This document shows positions 59,975 through 64,000 of a stretch of DNA of 64,000 bases, one piece after another; position 1 is the stretch's first letter; every line of letters starts with the position of its first letter. The notes under the pieces are model-generated. The model was not told the origin of the DNA. It ran no database searches and saw only the letters and a list, made by a program, of their open reading frames with translations. The DNA comes from the human T2T-CHM13v2.0 reference genome, Homo sapiens: NCBI RefSeq assembly GCF_009914755.1, contig NC_060926.1; one strand, written 5' to 3'. The translations under genes were made by a program, and so were the position numbers.

Positions 59975-60178
59975 CCTGCAACCTCCTCTGAGCTGCTCCC
60001 CTGGTTCAGGAGTGATTTGTCCTCTGTTTGCTGAAGACCAGACTCAAAAGGTTTTGCTGTCATGATGACACTTGAACGGTTGGAGCCTGGAATGGGTAAC
60101 AGAGCTGGGAATGAGATAGAGCGGCCCCGTGTGTCATTGGCAATCCTGACGGTATCAAATACCCGCTTCTGTTGGGCT
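59975..60178 (-). CDS. TRAK2: TRAK2 coding exon: AQQKRVFDTVRIANDTRGRS...SSSEEVA(G)
   Basis: CAG/GTAGGA splice sites. Length 204 bp, in phase. Confidence 0.95.
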
Positions 60179-60476
60179 CTGTCAAAAAAGGAAGTGTTCG
60201 TTATTATCACTGCTAGCCACTAAAGCATCTAGAGAAGAGACATGTATGTGCAGTCCATCAGAAATAAAGCCACCCTGAGGAGCTATTTAGGAGAAATCAT
60301 CAGAAAATAAGCTTTCAAACAAGAGAACTCTCTCACAAAAAAAGGACACTGTGAGGAAAACACTGAATAGTAAGCAAATTACTACTGAATCTCGTAATAC
60401 TTGCCACTTTGGATTGTGGCTTCTTTTTAATTTCTATTCCAATGATTGAGTAACAACACATGTGACCTGTACTTAC

Positions 60477-60556
60477 TTTTGTTTAAAGAGAGAAGATTCC
60501 TCATCCAAACTCAGCTTTTTACGCATAGTCCCCTCAATCTCAGCTGCCAAAGATTC
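60477..60556 (-). CDS. TRAK2: TRAK2 coding exon: ESLAAEIEGTMRKKLSLDEESSLFKQ(K)
   Basis: TAG/GTAAGT splice sites. Length 80 bp, in phase. SLAAEIE is a HAP1/TRAK motif. Confidence 0.95.
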
Positions 60557-60938
60557 CTAAGAAAAAGAGTTTGAGATTTCTAAAGTGATTGTTGCCCTTA
60601 AATTAACAGAGTCTCTACAATCCTATACTTTTGGTTTTATAATAAAATACAAGGAAATAGTCAAGGCTAACATTCAGGGGAAAAAAGACATTCTGGAAAT
60701 ATAACTTTTAAATAAGAACCAACTACCTTTTCATAATCTTTTCAAATAGGAAAGTAGTGGAAAAAGCTGATATGATAAATAGAAAATATATGTGCAGGCA
60801 CACAAAAACAAAAGGTCTGAAAGGCCATAAACCCAGTGTTGACAGTGATGCTGTGGAGGGTGAGATTTAATGGTATTTAACAATTTTTTTTTTGCTTTTC
60901 TGTAATTTCTAGCTTTTCTATAATAATCATGTATAGCT

Positions 60939-61287
60939 GGCCGGGTGCGGTGGCTCACACCTGTAATCCCAGCACTTTGGGAGGCCGAGGTGGGTGGATC
61001 ACAAGGTCAGGAGATCGAGACCATCCTGGCTAACATGGTGAAACCCTGTCTCTACTAAAAATACAAGAAAATACAAAAAAAAAAAAAAAAATTAGCCGGG
61101 TGTGCTGGCGGGCGCCTGTAGTCCTAGCTACTCGGGAGGCTGAGGCAGGAGAATGGCGTGAACCCGGGAGGCAGAGCTTTCAGTGAGCTGAGTTCGCACC
61201 ACTGCACTCCAGTCTGGGTGACAGAGCGAGACTCCGTCTCAAAAAAAAAAAAAAAAAAAGTAAAAACAAAAATACCAACAAAAAACA
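60939..61287 (+). mobile_element. AluY with expanded middle A-tract
   Basis: AluY diagnostics (gagatcgagaccatcctggctaac, gaatggcgtgaacccggg). TSD atgtatagct. Confidence 0.92.
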
Positions 61288-61554
61288 ATGTATAGCTTTT
61301 ATAATATTAAAAAATCACTTAAAAAAAAGAACAAGCAAGCTTCCTCTTCCCCCCAGTCAGGGATGAGGACTAAATCTAGTGTTGACAGTGATTCTGTGGA
61401 GGGTGGAATTTAATGGTATTTAACGATTGCTTTTTGCTTTTCTGTAATTTCCAACTTTTCTGTAATAAACATGCATAGCTTTTATAACATTAAAAATCAT
61501 TTAAAAAAAAAGCAAGCTTCCTCTTCCTCTGGTCAGGGGTGAGGACTCAACTAA

Positions 61555-62960
61555 TATGGGTGACATGCTCAGTGGGACTCAGCTGAGGATGACTGGAATT
61601 GGAGGCAATGGTGTGAACTCATGATTATATATATTTATATATATATGGATGAAAACATATATATACACATATATAGTATAGGTATAGGTATGAAATACAT
61701 ATATTTCCTAGTCCTACCTGCTGAGAGGGCCTAGAAGCCACAATACTCTAGTAGCAATCAATGGGCACACCTAACACCCAGATCTTGGATTCGAAATACA
61801 ATTCTTCAATAAAAGTAACCAGAGCTCTTTGGAGAAATGGCTGATTCCAGGGCTGAGACAAAAAGTACAAGATCAGCTTAAAGGAGATCCTACTGATCAT
61901 ATCTAGGACAATCTGAATATCCTACATACAGATTGAATATACAACAATAGCTTGTAATCTATTGAATAAAATAGAAATCCATGAGTCCATGACATACCTA
62001 AGTGAACAAATGAACAAATAAATGGGACAGGAATGCACTAACTTACAAAAGAAAAATGCCAATTAATAAATGTTGAAAAATGATGAAATTTGAAAATCAC
62101 CATTTGGCAGTCATCACTGTAATAACTCTGCCAGATAAGAACCATCAATGGGTGCTAAAACTAGTGGGTAATAGTTTGATGAGGAACAGGATACTTAGTC
62201 TCAAAGTATCTCTCATAAAATGTTTACTTTGATCACTTGGTTGGGGTAGTATCTGCCGATTTTCATCACTACACGGTGAATTAGTAGTGTTAATTTAATT
62301 AACTGTTAATTACCGTTAACTTTACAGTGGAAAAAACCAGCAGATTACCTTAACCAAGAGATCAAAGTTAATTAATACCACCTGCAATGGGCTAAACAGA
62401 CATTATGCACCTCTTGAAACCATGCTCTGAGAATATGGCATGATTTCTGCCAAGAATGCATTACTGGAATCTAATCATGAGGATGCATCAGACAATCCTA
62501 AACTGAGGACATCCTACAAAAGTCACGAAAGAGAAATAAAGACAGAAGAACTGTCCCAGATGGAAACAACAAAATTCAATGTATCCTTTGAAGGACATTA
62601 GTGAGACAACTGGAAAAATTTGAATGGGCTCTGTGGATTAGATGATAATACTGCATAAACATCAACTTCCTGATGCTGATGGTTGTAGTGCGTTTATGTA
62701 GGACAGTGTCCTTAAGAGTGTCCAAATGTCCTTGTTTTTAGTAAATACACACTTAAGTACTACGGGGTAATAAGGTATATCAGCAACTTACTGTTAAAAT
62801 AGCCCAGGGGGAAAGAAAGAGAAAGAGAGATTGAATGATATGGCAAAAGCAATAATATGTTAAAAACTGAAGAATCGATGTGAGGGATATACAAAAATTC
62901 TTTATACTATTCTTGGAACTTTACTCTAAGTTTAAAATTATTTCAAACATAAAAAACAAA
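61555..62960 (+). mobile_element. Old L1M (L1MC/L1MD-type) 3' region
   Basis: ctgagagggcctagaagc...ttggagaaatggctgattccagggctg...aaattatttcaaa 3'UTR motifs. Confidence 0.65.
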
Positions 62961-63586
62961 ATTATGCCTCCCTATTTTTAAGAAAATCTACTAAAATGTA
63001 TAGTTTCAGTCTTTTAAAAAAGTTCACAGGATTGCACAGAAGTTTAAGAATCAGATTGTTAAAACAACTCTTTGAACCAACATTACAAATTCTAATATAA
63101 ACTCAGAAGTTTTTATTAATTTTTTAATACAAAAATACCATTTATAAATGAATCAAACAAAGATGAATCTTGTTCTCATGAAGCTTACATTCTAACAAGT
63201 TAAAAATATCAGGAGACTCAAGATTTATTGAAAGAGGTTTTAGATATTCAAAGCACCACTTAAGTAAGTGGCAGGCTGTGGGCCTAGGGTAGGATGACCC
63301 AAGTTTAACTAGTTCTATGGTACACAGTCCTAAACTGAATTTCCTTAGGGCTCATCTTATGTATTATTGATACAATATATCTGGAAAGTCACCTGTTAGA
63401 ATAAATAAGAGTATTAAGGAAGATGTCAATATACAAATTAGGGCCTAAATCAATAATTGGAGTCCAGAAACAAGGAAAAAATCTCTTCTCCAGATGTTTT
63501 ATACCATCATAAACCATCAAACTTTTAGGACAAACTAATCTTAAACAAATTTCTTTAAATACATAGCATCTTTCTTAGTTGCTTAC

Positions 63587-63724
63587 CCCAGTAAAAGCTC
63601 CATATGATTGGGAGAAGTAGAGATGAGCAGTAGGGCCAGATCTACTACGAAGTTCCTTTATTTCTTCTTGGGATTCATGTAACATTCCTAGACACTCCAT
63701 ATTCCTGTCTTGTAACTCGTGCAG
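63587..63724 (-). CDS. TRAK2: TRAK2 coding exon: LHELQDRNMECLGMLHESQEEIKELRSRSGPTAHLYFSQSYGAFTG
   Basis: TTTTAG/GTAAGC splice sites. Length 138 bp (46 codons). End of the HAP1_N coiled coil. The gene continues past the right edge. Confidence 0.95.
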
Positions 63725-64000
63725 CTAAAAGAAAGGATGGTAGTGTACTTTATTGCCTTCCCAAAACAACATTAGGGAAAAAAAACCCGAAACCTTTTGG
63801 GATAAGTATTGATTTTACCCAGAGGGCTAGCTAACTTTATGAATATCATTTCAATACAAAGACTAAAACAAACTAAGCAAGAAGAGTATATATATATATT
63901 GAGCTACCAGAATTAGGGAGGGGTGTCTTGGCCAAAATTATACACGGATGTGACTTCCTGAAAGTCTGAAACGTAGCTAGACTACCAGAACTGTCAATTT

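Overview
Human (primate) genomic DNA, recognisable from the spliced translations as the 2q33.1 FLACC1(ALS2CR12)-TRAK2 interval. Two protein-coding genes lie on the minus strand. FLACC1 contributes a probable non-coding first exon near 27.7-28.1 kb with an RFX X-box/CCAAT promoter, plus eight phase-consistent coding exons (22096 down to 1161); the gene continues off the left edge. TRAK2 contributes its last seven coding exons (63724 down to the stop at 51220) and a ~3.3 kb 3'UTR. The rest is mostly transposon-derived: a ~9 kb nested L1 mosaic in a FLACC1 intron, a ~14.4 kb L1PB>AluJ>L1PA7 nest between the genes, about 20 Alus including an AluYa5, and L2/MIR/MLT1/MER21/Charlie1 relics. Most ORFs in the supplied track are Alu or L1 artefacts. 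I found no new gene system. The best unexplained signal is a cluster of short local duplications: a 100%-identical 111 bp copy ending in a poly(A) tail 2 kb from its source, a ~195 bp copy preceded by a hairpin-containing filler, a 79 bp copy, an Alu-dated tandem duplication, and a long diverged direct repeat bracketing the intronic L1 nest. Repeat boundaries and subfamilies are by eye and approximate. Exon numbers follow my recollection of the gene models.
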